Of a stretch of DNA of 56,040 nt, positions 55,537-56,040 are shown one piece after another. The stretch is from Pseudomonadota bacterium. Its GTDB lineage: Bacteria; Bdellovibrionota_B; Oligoflexia; Silvanigrellales; Silvanigrellaceae. The stretch spans positions 1 through 56,040 of the forward strand of contig JBDLRP010000027.1 in NCBI GenBank assembly GCA_039799905.1, written 5' to 3'. Numbering within the stretch: position 1 is the stretch's first letter; every line of letters starts with the position of its first letter. The position numbers were made by a program, and so were the translations under genes. The notes under the pieces are model-generated. The model was given only the letters and a program-made list of their open reading frames with translations. It ran no database searches and was not told where the DNA came from.

Positions 55537-55653
55537 AGGCTGCACCGAGCTACTCTCCCACAGTTAAAACTGCAGTACCATTGCCGCAGGCGGGCTTGAC
55601 TTCGGAGTTCGGAATGGGATCCGGTATTTCCCCGCCGCTATCAGCACAGCCAA
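55537..55653 (-). rRNA. rrf: 5S rRNA
   Basis: CCCATTCCGAACTCCGAAGTCAAG and GGGAGAGTAG motifs; terminal helix GGCTG/CAGCC; ends approximate. Confidence 0.96.
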
Positions 55654-55750
55654 AGCGAAACTTGTTGTTCCTTGTAAAGAACACAGGTGAGAAAGTCTAC
55701 TGATTTTCCATCTAACTTAGATGGATTTTGCAAGGATGTTTCCCAGTGGG

Positions 55751-56040
55751 AATCTCAAGCACGAAGAGCGATTAGTAGTGGTTAGCTCAACGCCTCGCAG
55801 CGCTTACACACCCACCCTATCAAACTTGTAGTCTTCAAGTGCTCTTTGGGATTACTCCCGGAGAAGTTCATCTCGAGATGGGTTTCACGCTTAGATGCTT
55901 TCAGCGTTTATCCCGTCCGAACATAGCTACTCGGCTGTGCCGTTGGCACGACAACCGATCCACCAGAGGTTCGTTCAACCCGGTCCTCTCGTACTAAGGT
56001 CAAATTCTCTCAACTTCTCAACGCCCACGACGGATAGGGA
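55751..56040 (-). rRNA. rrl: 23S rRNA, 3' portion (truncated by window end)
   Basis: Sarcin-ricin loop AGTACGAGAGGACCG and GCTGAAAGCATCTAAGC on the minus strand; 3' end approximate. Confidence 0.97.

Noticed and set aside
55273..55703. Small ORFs over tRNA-Lys and 5S rRNA
   Set aside because: Antisense to RNA genes and terminators; spurious

Overview
Gene-dense core-chromosome segment of a Gram-negative bacterium. The gene content (Bd1075/Csd6-like LD-peptidase, GltF/CglF-like protein, Tgl/PilF-like lipoprotein, MqnP-type prenyltransferase) suggests Bdellovibrionota/Oligoflexia or a related deltaproteobacteria-like lineage; this is inference only. Housekeeping content: murA, rpsO, ribD, uvrC, ligA, rodZ-like, ftsK, leuS, maeB, rnhA, ppx, ppk1, sixA, ribF, fused glyQS, rplS, rplT, rpmI, three tRNAs (Val-TAC, Pro-GGG, Lys-TTT), 5S rRNA and the 3' end of 23S rRNA. 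I see no CRISPR array, IS element or prophage. The best candidate for an undescribed system is an intact XerC/D-fold gene in which five of six catalytic residues, including the Tyr nucleophile, are replaced, tightly coupled to a soluble non-RD Ser/Thr kinase, a signal-less BtuF-like protein and a secreted thermonuclease (13559-16908). Other notable items: a MurA with Cys115->Asp and Lys22->Ser, a type III PKS coupled to a membrane protein with duplicated Asp/Glu-His motifs, a possible degenerate DnaC/IstB-like protein, an R3H protein with a long charged disordered region, a minimal ComEC, an orphan GltF homolog, a fused GlyQS, a rearranged rpmI-rplT-tRNA-Pro-rplS operon with N-extended L35, and a structured rpsO leader. 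All family calls come from motif recognition by eye; no database searches were run.
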